Assembly (NCBI GenBank): GCA_028285795.1
Contig: JAPYNL010000095.1
Coordinates: 1-52,656 of the forward strand
From: Arenicellales bacterium
Lineage (GTDB): Bacteria > Pseudomonadota > Gammaproteobacteria > Arenicellales > Poriferihabitantaceae
DNA: 52,656 bases
Reading direction: 5' to 3'
The notes under the pieces were generated by a model. That model searched no databases, was not told the DNA's origin, and worked only from the letters and a program-made list of their open reading frames with translations. Positions 9,268 through 17,979 of the stretch are shown here, piece by piece. The number at the start of each line of letters is the position of its first letter. The stretch's first letter is position 1. Position numbers and translations under genes: made by a program.

Positions 9268-12204
9268 ATGAATCCAGCTGAATCCCCCCCTCTGCATGTC
9301 TTCTCCCGAAATCGCGGCATTGCCGTGCCATGTACCGGAAATACGCCAATTGACTTAAGCGATGATCAATCGGCATGGTTCATAGAAAAAGGCGAGGTTG
9401 ATGTTTTTCTGATGGAAGAAAAAGACGGCGTCCCCATCGCCGCGCCTCAGCACATGATGCATCTCGGTGCAGGGCGCTTGATCATCGGCACAACACCCAG
9501 TCATGAAGAGACAACACTTCACCTTATTGCAAAAGGCATTCAGAATACGACCATCAGGCATCTTTCTCTGGATAGCCTGTCAGACATCGATGTGACAGCG
9601 GTGGCGGAACAAATTGATCAATGGATTGAAGAGGTTTCGAACATGCTTGCACGATTCAGTTCGGAAGCGGGTCCAATCGATCAAGTCATCTCCCGGAACC
9701 CGGCAAAAGCATATGACCCCGGTATTGTTGCTCCCAGGCAGGGAGTAATGTGGATCTCAGGCATAATGTCGGGATCTGCAACTTATCTTGGGCTTCTCGA
9801 TCCGGCCGAGAGCAGTCCGGACAGTGCTGAAATATTCAGCTTATTGCCGCTGGCACGCAAGCTTTGGCTTGAACTGGCTGAATCGCAACAATTATCGGTG
9901 CAATGTACCAAATCGGTAATCCGGAATGGCTTGACAGACGAAGCATTGAGAAAGTTTCACGTTCTGGCACTGTCCATTGAGAGGCTGAATCGCAAATTGG
10001 CGATTGCCGATCAGGTTAACTTGGCGCGTGATCGAATCGCAAACCGCAAAACGGATGAAGACATTGCGCGTCATCAGCTATTCGACCTGCATGGCATTTC
10101 GGAAGATTCGGAACCGAGGAGTGATCGGACATTTCTGCATCAGGCCCTCGAACGGATCGGCCAGTATGAAGGAATCGAATTCAAAAGCCCGAGTCGCGGT
10201 CTTGCACGAGAAGAACGTTTGGGTGGAGGCGCCTTGCTGCGCGAGATTCTTGATGCCTCAGGCGTTCGTTTCCGTCGGGTAAGCCTGAAATCAGAAGACA
10301 AGTGGTGGCAGAACTCCTACGGTGCCATGCTTGCCTTTCTCCAGGATGGTGAGTGCCCTGTTGCCCTGATACCCGATCGGTTGGGCGGTTATTCTGCGGT
10401 TGATTCCAAAACCGGGCAAAAGGTCAGGGTCGGTACGGGTTTTGCCAAGTCGCTGCAAAAGGGAGCATGGGTTTTCTACGCGCCATTGGATAGCGATGCT
10501 CGGCGCGTCAAAGATCTTTTTGCCCTCGCCTTCAGGGGATCCGGGATCGCCCTTGCTCAATTGTTCGTGGGTGGTGCAGTTGGAAGCCTGTTGATGCTGA
10601 TCCCTGCTGTTTTTCTGGGGATTCTGGTCGATGAGGTCATTCCCGGCGGTAATTCAGGTCAGTTGTATGCGCTTGGTGCCGTGCTGACGGTAGTGGCATT
10701 TCTGGCGGCCGCCTTGCAGTTCTATCAGGGCATGATGATCATGCGCGTCGAGGCACGAGCCATGACTCGTGCAGAGTCCGCATTCATGAGTCGATTGCTG
10801 CATCTGCCATCGCGTTTCCTGCAGACCTATTCGGCCGGCGAACTCGCGACGCGAAGTCAAAGCTTTCAGATACTCCGTGAAGCCATGCAGAAACTGGTTT
10901 CCGATGGATTGCTGTCGACCATGTATCTTGTGGCTGCCTTGTTGGTCTGTTATTTCCATGATCCGACATTGGGCAGTGTTGCAATCGTTGTCGGTCTATT
11001 CAGCCTGGTCGGGACGATTGTACTGGGCGCACGTCAGATCACGCCATACATGGATGTGATTGGTTCCGTGCAGAAGCTGGCAGGACAGGTGTTTCAATTG
11101 ATCAGCGGAATCTCAACCCTGATTCTGGAAGGAGCCCACGGATCTGCATTTGCAGTATGGGCGAGGTCTTATCGTGAGCGGCATCAAGCCGAATTCAGGC
11201 ATAACCGCATCGAATCACATGTGCAGGCGTTTGGTGCGGCAATGCCCCTGATTGGCATTGCCTGCCTGCTCCTGGCATTTGTCGTGTCTGCTCCTGAAAA
11301 CCTGACCACAGGAAAATTTCTGGTCGTCACTGTCCTGTTCCTGATTTTTCAGAATTCGGTTAGGAGTTTTGCAAATTCTTTTGACTTGATTGCAGCCATA
11401 CTGGCCTCGACCAAACTGATCGCGCCGCTGATTCAGGAGAAACCGGAGACCATTACCGAGTCTGAACCGGTCGATTCACTGAGCGGTGATATCAGGATTG
11501 AACATGTCAGTTTCCGGTATTCTCATGATAGCCCGCTTATCGTTGATGACCTGTCGATGCAAATTCGGCCGAATGAATTCGTTGCCATAACCGGCGAATC
11601 CGGTTCCGGCAAGAGTACGCTACTGAAGCTGCTGCTCGGAATCGAGAGCCCGGTCAGTGGTTCGGTGTATTACGACGGGCGTGACCTCAGGCATCTCAAT
11701 TTGAAACAGGTTCGACGCAGAATCGGAGTGGTGCCCCAGTCTGTTCAGGTTTATCCGGAAGATCTCTGGGACAATATTGCTGGCAAGCAGATCGACATGG
11801 AAGCGAAGAGAGTTTGGGAAGCTGCCGAGCTTGCTGTCATCAGAGATGAAATCATGGCAATGCCCATGAAGATGTCAACAAGTGTCGGTGCAGGGGAAGG
11901 GACTACATCCGGTGGTGAAAGCCAGCGTACCATGCTGGCAGGGGCATTAATTTCCCGGCCCAGTATCGTGATGCTGGATGAGGCGACGACCTGGCTGGAT
12001 AATGGCAGGCAGGCAAAAGTCATGGAAAACCTGGACGCATTGAATACAACCCGAATCGTTATTGCGCATCGATTGTCGACCCTGCGCAAGGCAGATCGAA
12101 TTTACGTACTGGAAGCCGGAAGGCTGGTTGAACAAGGCAGTTTCGATGAGTTGATGGATAGAGAAGGTGTATTCTTTCATCTGGCGCGGCGACAATTGGC
12201 CTGA
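9268..12204 (+). CDS. second ABC exporter subunit with N-terminal cyclic-nucleotide-binding-like domain and a Cys-less C39-like domain
   Basis: cNMP-type beta-roll segment: AWFIEKGEVDVFLMEEKDGVPIAAPQHMMHLGAGRLIIG. C39-like region without a catalytic Cys at ~aa 330-440. Walker A GESGSGKST, signature TSGGESQRTMLAGAL, Walker B IVMLDEATTWLD. The ATG at 9268 follows the upstream stop at 9261-9263. The ORF track's GTG at 9220 is an alternative start. Confidence 0.9.
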   Translation: MNPAESPPLHVFSRNRGIAVPCTGNTPIDLSDDQSAWFIEKGEVDVFLMEEKDGVPIAAPQHMMHLGAGRLIIGTTPSHEETTLHLIAKGIQNTTIRHLSLDSLSDIDVTAVAEQIDQWIEEVSNMLARFSSEAGPIDQVISRNPAKAYDPGIVAPRQGVMWISGIMSGSATYLGLLDPAESSPDSAEIFSLLPLARKLWLELAESQQLSVQCTKSVIRNGLTDEALRKFHVLALSIERLNRKLAIADQVNLARDRIANRKTDEDIARHQLFDLHGISEDSEPRSDRTFLHQALERIGQYEGIEFKSPSRGLAREERLGGGALLREILDASGVRFRRVSLKSEDKWWQNSYGAMLAFLQDGECPVALIPDRLGGYSAVDSKTGQKVRVGTGFAKSLQKGAWVFYAPLDSDARRVKDLFALAFRGSGIALAQLFVGGAVGSLLMLIPAVFLGILVDEVIPGGNSGQLYALGAVLTVVAFLAAALQFYQGMMIMRVEARAMTRAESAFMSRLLHLPSRFLQTYSAGELATRSQSFQILREAMQKLVSDGLLSTMYLVAALLVCYFHDPTLGSVAIVVGLFSLVGTIVLGARQITPYMDVIGSVQKLAGQVFQLISGISTLILEGAHGSAFAVWARSYRERHQAEFRHNRIESHVQAFGAAMPLIGIACLLLAFVVSAPENLTTGKFLVVTVLFLIFQNSVRSFANSFDLIAAILASTKLIAPLIQEKPETITESEPVDSLSGDIRIEHVSFRYSHDSPLIVDDLSMQIRPNEFVAITGESGSGKSTLLKLLLGIESPVSGSVYYDGRDLRHLNLKQVRRRIGVVPQSVQVYPEDLWDNIAGKQIDMEAKRVWEAAELAVIRDEIMAMPMKMSTSVGAGEGTTSGGESQRTMLAGALISRPSIVMLDEATTWLDNGRQAKVMENLDALNTTRIVIAHRLSTLRKADRIYVLEAGRLVEQGSFDELMDREGVFFHLARRQLA

Positions 12205-12273
12205 GCCAGAAATGGGATGGGTTTGCAAAATGCGGCAAGACGGCTGAATGCAGATAAAAATGTTCCGATGTGA

Positions 12274-13191
12274 ATGAAAAGTGGGCAAATGAGCAGCAAA
12301 ATCAAAATCGAAGAACCGCACCTGAAAAAGAAAATTCTCGATTACTACAATTTCAATACGAAAGATTTGTATATGGAATTGTGGAGTCGCGACCACTTGC
12401 ATTTCGGTTGCTTTGAGCCCGGAGAATGCCCAGAACCCACCGAGACGGGGGCAGAATTCCGGGATTCACCGGGATTTGTTCGTGCTCTTGCACGGATGGT
12501 CGATGTCATCATTGCCCCGGCAGATATAGGGCCCGATTCATTTGTGGTTGATGCCGGTTGCGGGATTGGCGGAACCGCCCTGCATTTGGCAAGGAAGTTT
12601 GGATGCAGGGTGATGGGTGTGAACATCGTCCCACTGCATATCGATCTTGCCAGCAAAATGGCCGATGATGAAGGCTTGTCCGATCTACTCGGTTTCAGGC
12701 TGGGCGATTGCTCGCAGCACCTGCCGGCTGAAGACAACTCGGTTGATGTCGTCATAAATATTGAATCTGCCTGTCACTACATTGATCGACAGCAGTTTTT
12801 GCGCGAGGTGTACAGAATACTGAAACCAGGCGGGAAAATCGTTGCATCGGATTGGCTGTACCGCGATGGTGCGTCCGATGAAGAATATGAAAAGTACATC
12901 AGGCCAATCACCGATTCATGGGCATTGCCCAGTCTGGAGTGTCAATCTTCCTATGTTCCGCTGGTGAAAAATGCGGGTTTTCGACTGCTCAGTTTTGGGG
13001 GGTTTGATGGCAAGGATGCAGACAATATAAGGATATTCAGGAATCTGCATCAATTTTTGTTGAAATTCTACATGGCAGGGGTGAATACTCCTGAATTCCT
13101 CAATCTCTTTGAAAAGATACGATCGCTCTACATTGGCTGGAGAGATGGTTTTTTCGAGCTGGGGCATTATGTCGCAGAGAAACCGAAGTGA
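12274..13191 (+). CDS. class I SAM-dependent methyltransferase
   Basis: SAM-binding motif I VVDAGCGIGGTALHLA, an acidic post-I residue (VMGVNI), and motif II/III DVVINIESACHY...LKPGGKIV. It directly follows the ABC genes on the same strand. Confidence 0.85.
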   Translation: MKSGQMSSKIKIEEPHLKKKILDYYNFNTKDLYMELWSRDHLHFGCFEPGECPEPTETGAEFRDSPGFVRALARMVDVIIAPADIGPDSFVVDAGCGIGGTALHLARKFGCRVMGVNIVPLHIDLASKMADDEGLSDLLGFRLGDCSQHLPAEDNSVDVVINIESACHYIDRQQFLREVYRILKPGGKIVASDWLYRDGASDEEYEKYIRPITDSWALPSLECQSSYVPLVKNAGFRLLSFGGFDGKDADNIRIFRNLHQFLLKFYMAGVNTPEFLNLFEKIRSLYIGWRDGFFELGHYVAEKPK

Positions 13192-13538
13192 GCGATTTTG
13201 GTGCGTTCGCTGAAAGAGGGAAAGACGGGTGGTTGCCCAGTTTGAAAGCCAGCTCTGGACCTGCACGGCTTCAGCCGGAATCCCGCCTTGAAAGCGTGTC
13301 TCAAGTGAGATGCAATTGCAGGCCCTAATCGGCAGGACTGTCATGCCTGCCCAAACATCCATGCTCCATGTCCGTGCTGACCATCCGCTCAAGCCCAGGA
13401 CGCATTCACTGGCGTTGGCCTGACACTCCCGGATACGCATCCTGTTGACCCGCATGGCGAAGGAAGGCGGGTTGCCTGCCGAACCGGATGCCTACGATGC
13501 CTGGTTTCGGGCCAGGATGCAGGAGGCTCGGGGGCTGA

Positions 13539-13823
13539 TTGGCGGGAAGTGCCGTGCACGGTCTTGAATGGAGGGCCACGGCCATCGAAGATCCACTGCG
13601 ATTGTCGATTACATCTCCGACGGCAATCCGGCCACCGCCGGGGCTCTCGAAGGATGAAATCGAGGACAAGGCGTCAAAGCTGCCAGAGCATCTCCTGATG
13701 TACCGCGTGGACAGCATCGATGGTGCCCGCGGGATCGTCATGCGCCGAAACTGCATCGTGTTCTATGCGGAGAACCCGGATACCGCAGCAATTCTGCGTG
13801 TTGTGCATGAAGCACGGCAATGA
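13539..13823 (+). pseudogene. decayed ParE/RelE-family toxin gene (with remnants of a ribbon-helix-helix antitoxin upstream, ~13395-13560)
   Basis: The C-terminus NCIVFYAENPDTAAILRVVHEARQ is ParE-like. The middle of the ORF reads nonsense (PLRLSITSPTAIRPPPGL), while an alternative frame reads the expected IVDYISDGNPATAGAL. This implies compensating frameshifts. Upstream fragments LHVRADHPLKPR... and ...DAYDAWFRARMQEA resemble pieces of an antitoxin. Confidence 0.45.
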
Positions 13824-13936
13824 CCGGATCGCGGATCGGTCACTTGCCGACACCCGTATGCCTGGCGATGTCCCGTGTTTTTTCAGCAGGTTTTTTCCGT
13901 ATCAAATTACCCTCTAAAGGTATTATCATAGGACTC

Positions 13937-16900
13937 ATGAACAAGCCCATTCCACATGATCTTGGCAAGGCGTCTCTGGATGACAAGTATTCACTGACTG
14001 CCGGGCGTGCGTTCATGACCGGAATTGAGGCACTGGTTCGACTGCCGATGATGCAGGCCCGTCGTGATCTTGAGGCAGGCCTCAATACTGCAGGCTTCAT
14101 TTCCGGCTATCGCGGCTCTCCGCTGGGTACGCTGGATCAGTCGCTCTGGAAAGCCCAGTCCTGGCTGGATCGACACAACATTGTGTTTCAGCCAGGCGTC
14201 AATGAGGATCTGGCAGCTACGGCAGTCTGGGGTACCCAGCAAACACACCTTCTTCCGGGCGCCCGGCATGACGGCATTTTTTCCATGTGGTATGGAAAGG
14301 GACCGGGTGTCGATCGCAGCATGGATGTCATCAAGCATGCCAACATATTCGGTACAACCCGCTACGGGGGGGTGCTTGCTCTGGCCGGAGACGACCACGC
14401 CTGTAAATCTTCCACCCTGCCGCATCAAAGCGAGCACAATTTCATCGGTGCATCGGTTCCGGTATTGAATCCAGCCAATGTACAGGATGTGCTTGACTAC
14501 GGAATCATTGGCTGGGGTCTGTCCCGGTTCAGTGGCTGTTGGGTAGCCATGAAGGCGATTACGGAAAATATGGACACAGCCGTCTCGGCGGATCTTGATG
14601 AAGGCCGGATCAATATCGTATTGCCGGAGGATTGTGAAATCCCTCCCGAAGGCTTGAACGCCCAGTGGCCGACCACGCCTCTGGAACAGGAGCGGCTATT
14701 GAACCGCTACCGGATTTATGCGGCGCGTGCCTTCGCCCACAGTAACCATCTGAATCGGATCATGGTGAATACCGATAATCCGAGACTGGGCATCGTAACT
14801 TCGGGAAAATCCTATCTGGATGTCATGGAGGCCATGAATGATCTGGGGATTGACAGGGAAACTGCCAGTCAAATCGGAATTCGCGTCTTCAAGGTTGGGA
14901 TGAGTTGGCCACTTGAGCCGATTTCCACTCATGAGTTTGCGCGTGGGCTCAGCGAGATTCTGGTGGTCGAGGAAAAACGCAGCATTCTCGAAGACCAGAT
15001 TACCGGACAGCTGTATAACTGGCCCGTTGCAGCCCGACCTGTTGTAGTTGGAGAATTCGATGAGGACGGCAAGGATTTGGTGACCAACTTGAGCGAGTTG
15101 ACGCCGGCTATGGTTGCACGAGCGATTGGAACTCGCGTGCTCAGGTTTTATGACAGCGAGAGCATTCGTGAACGGCTGCGGTTTCTGGATGCCAAGGAAC
15201 AAAGATTATCGAACCAGGTCAGTTCAATTACGCGAACGCCATATTTTTGTTCGGGATGCCCGCACAATACATCGACCAGGGTTCCGAAGGACAGTTTTGG
15301 AATGGCGGGGATTGGATGCCACTACATGGTCAAGTGGATGGATCGAAAAACCGAGACCTTTACCCAGATGGGAGGAGAAGGTGCCGCATGGATTGGGCAG
15401 GCACCGTTCACGGAAATTCCGCATGTGTTTCAGAATATTGGAGACGGAACTTATTTCCATAGCGGCATTCTGGCGATTCGTGCAGCCATCGCTTCTGGCG
15501 TGAATATCACCTATAAGCTGCTGTACAACGATGCGGTGGCGATGACCGGTGGTCAACCGGTAGAGGGAGTGATGCAGGTACCTGAAATCGTCTCCCAGTT
15601 AAAAGCCGAGGGAGTGAAGCGTCTGGCCGTCGTATCGGAAAACTACCGGGAGATAAAGCATGGCTTAAGCGGCTATAACGGAATTACGGTTCATCCAAAA
15701 TCCGATTTTGACCGTCTCCAGGAAGAGATCAGGCAGGTTAAGGGCACCAGTGTGATCGTATTTGATCAGACCTGTGCTGCAGAGAAGCGCCGACGCAGAA
15801 GTCGAGGAGAGATGCCGCAAAGTCCGGTTCGGGTGTTTATTCATCCTGACATCTGCGAGGCTTGTGGAGATTGCAGCGTTCAGTCAAACTGCCTGTCAGT
15901 ATTGCCCAGGAATACGGCTCTTGGAACCAAGCGGCAAATTGATCAGAATGCCTGTAATCACGACTTCAGCTGCCTCAAGGGTTTTTGCCCGAGTTTTGTG
16001 ACGGTGACCGGGGGGAATTACATCCCTGCAAAACGGAAACGGGATGAGGGTCTGGATATTGATCCACCGAATCCTGAATTGCCGGCAATAGAACGAAGCT
16101 GGAATATTCTGGTGGCTGGAATTGGAGGGACGGGTGTGCTCACTGTTGGTTCGCTTCTGGCGATGGCTGCACATCTGGAAGGCAAGGGCTGTGCAACCTT
16201 GAATCAGACCGGTCTTGCGCAAAAATTCGGGGCGGTGGTGAGTCATGTACGTATTGCCAACGCGCAAGACGATATCCTGGCTGTCAGGATTCCCGATGGT
16301 GAAACCGATCTTTTGCTGGGTTGTGATCTGGTGGTGGCTTCGGGGCGGGATAGTCTGGCTCGCTTGAGACCCAGTCGCTCACAAGCTGTGGTTAACTCCC
16401 ATGAGAGCCCGACTGCAGATTTCATTCTTGATTCGGACTACCAGTTTCCCGCTGATATCATGAAATCGCATATTATTCGGGAGACTGGCGAGGGCAAGAG
16501 TGATTTTATCAATGCCACAAAAATTGCCCGAAACCTTCTCGGAAACTCGATTGCAAGTAATTTGTTCCTGCTGGGCTATGCCTATCAGAATGGACAGATT
16601 CCGGTTTCAGAGGCCTCGATTTTCCATGCCATCGAATTGAATGGCGTTGCCATTGACCTTAATCGACAGGCTTTCAGGCTTGGCAGACAGGCGGTGGTTG
16701 ATCTTGGTCTAATCGAGGAGAAAGCCAATCTCAATGAAGCAGATGACATTCCCAAAACCCTGGATGAGATGATTGACTACCGGTATCGGCATTTGATCGG
16801 TTACCAGAATCAACAATATGCGGATCGCTATCGGAATCATGTGCAGCAGGTGCGGGATTTTGAAGAAGCAGATGGTGCGGATTCTGAATTGCCTTTAACC

Positions 16901-17422
16901 AGGGCCGTGATGAAAAATTATTTCAAGCTGCTGGCGTACAAGGATGAATACGAAATCGCCCGACTGTATACGGAATCCGGTTTTCTGGATGAGGTCAGGG
17001 AGAGCTATCAGGGGAGTTATGCGGTGAATTTTCTGATGGCCCCGCCGGGGTTGTCGAAGCGTGATCCGCATACGGGCCATCCGCTGAAACGAAAATTTCC
17101 AGGCGGATTGCTGATGCTGCTGCGTTTCCTGGCGAGGCTCAAGGGAGTGCGCGGGACGTTCTGGGATGTATTTGGCAGGACTCGGGAGAGAAGGCTGGAA
17201 CGCTCCTTGATCAGGGAGTATGAAAAGGATGTTCAGTTGATACTGAACGGTTCTGGTCGATCTGATCCGGAGATGCTTTGGCAACTTGCCGAATTGCCGG
17301 ATATGGTGAGAGGGTTCGGTCATGTCAAGCTGTCCAGCATCGAACGATATCAGGCTGCGCGAATTGAACTGCTTGAAAAACTGAGAGTCGACGAAACCTC
17401 ACTCAAACCTGATTTCAACTGA
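13937..17422 (+). CDS. indolepyruvate:ferredoxin oxidoreductase family protein (fused alpha/beta, ~1160 aa)
   Basis: Characteristic N-terminus SLDDKYSLTAGRAFMTGIEALVRLPMMQARRD...GFISGYRGSPLG, TPP motif IGDGTYFHSG and ferredoxin-like CEACGDCSVQSNC. The start is placed at the ATG at 13937 (MNKPIP) rather than the upstream ORF-track start. Confidence 0.9.
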   Translation: MNKPIPHDLGKASLDDKYSLTAGRAFMTGIEALVRLPMMQARRDLEAGLNTAGFISGYRGSPLGTLDQSLWKAQSWLDRHNIVFQPGVNEDLAATAVWGTQQTHLLPGARHDGIFSMWYGKGPGVDRSMDVIKHANIFGTTRYGGVLALAGDDHACKSSTLPHQSEHNFIGASVPVLNPANVQDVLDYGIIGWGLSRFSGCWVAMKAITENMDTAVSADLDEGRINIVLPEDCEIPPEGLNAQWPTTPLEQERLLNRYRIYAARAFAHSNHLNRIMVNTDNPRLGIVTSGKSYLDVMEAMNDLGIDRETASQIGIRVFKVGMSWPLEPISTHEFARGLSEILVVEEKRSILEDQITGQLYNWPVAARPVVVGEFDEDGKDLVTNLSELTPAMVARAIGTRVLRFYDSESIRERLRFLDAKEQRLSNQVSSITRTPYFCSGCPHNTSTRVPKDSFGMAGIGCHYMVKWMDRKTETFTQMGGEGAAWIGQAPFTEIPHVFQNIGDGTYFHSGILAIRAAIASGVNITYKLLYNDAVAMTGGQPVEGVMQVPEIVSQLKAEGVKRLAVVSENYREIKHGLSGYNGITVHPKSDFDRLQEEIRQVKGTSVIVFDQTCAAEKRRRRSRGEMPQSPVRVFIHPDICEACGDCSVQSNCLSVLPRNTALGTKRQIDQNACNHDFSCLKGFCPSFVTVTGGNYIPAKRKRDEGLDIDPPNPELPAIERSWNILVAGIGGTGVLTVGSLLAMAAHLEGKGCATLNQTGLAQKFGAVVSHVRIANAQDDILAVRIPDGETDLLLGCDLVVASGRDSLARLRPSRSQAVVNSHESPTADFILDSDYQFPADIMKSHIIRETGEGKSDFINATKIARNLLGNSIASNLFLLGYAYQNGQIPVSEASIFHAIELNGVAIDLNRQAFRLGRQAVVDLGLIEEKANLNEADDIPKTLDEMIDYRYRHLIGYQNQQYADRYRNHVQQVRDFEEADGADSELPLTRAVMKNYFKLLAYKDEYEIARLYTESGFLDEVRESYQGSYAVNFLMAPPGLSKRDPHTGHPLKRKFPGGLLMLLRFLARLKGVRGTFWDVFGRTRERRLERSLIREYEKDVQLILNGSGRSDPEMLWQLAELPDMVRGFGHVKLSSIERYQAARIELLEKLRVDETSLKPDFN

Positions 17423-17979
17423 TTCTTGAACCAACAACATGCATTCTCTAACCGCCCGTTGGTATCCGTATCCTCTGGGACTGACATTGCCTTGTCAAAT
17501 GATGACAGCTTAGCCGCATTCTGAAAAAACAACCCTCTGCCCACAGAAATACCGATTCTCAGGTAAAAATCACCACCCGCCGGCCAGGATTTCCCATCAG
17601 GCTTTTTTTTGGGTGCCCCACAATTCATGATTTCCCTCCGCCAAGGTTTATGCGACGCGGTTTCCGGGTCAATGACATATCTACAACTGCATGGCGTACG
17701 GGATGATTGAAGTCCCCGACAGTGGGGACTGCTCATCTGTGGAAAAACAGCCCTAATCCAAGACATACGGAACATGAAAGCATATCCAGTGCCCTGCATG
17801 CTCCCATTTTCGAAAGGTTGAAGTTTTCCCAACAGATGTTTTCGAGTCTGGAACTCACGGTACAGGAAGCCCTGCCTCTAGGGTGATCTCGGAGTGATCC
17901 ATTCAGGGACTGGGGAGCAGAGTTGCATTTGTCCCTAAAACCAACTATTATGGTTTAAGAGACAAATATAGAGACATAT

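Noticed and set aside
12916-13455. 179-aa minus-strand ORF spanning the methyltransferase 3' end and the TA remnant
   Set aside because: It overlaps the well-supported methyltransferase gene in antisense and has no motifs. The plus-strand antitoxin and toxin fragments explain the region better.
13820-13936. Upstream extension of the oxidoreductase ORF (MTGSRIGHLPTPVCL...)
   Set aside because: The conserved family N-terminus begins at MNKPIPHDLGKASLDDKY (ATG 13937). The extension overlaps the ParE-like remnant's stop and has an unlikely composition.
17350-17832. 160-aa minus-strand ORF in the gap between the oxidoreductase and the Fic-like gene
   Set aside because: It overlaps the 3' end of the oxidoreductase gene and has no RBS or motif support. 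The gap is more likely non-coding DNA associated with acquisition of the AT-rich Fic gene.
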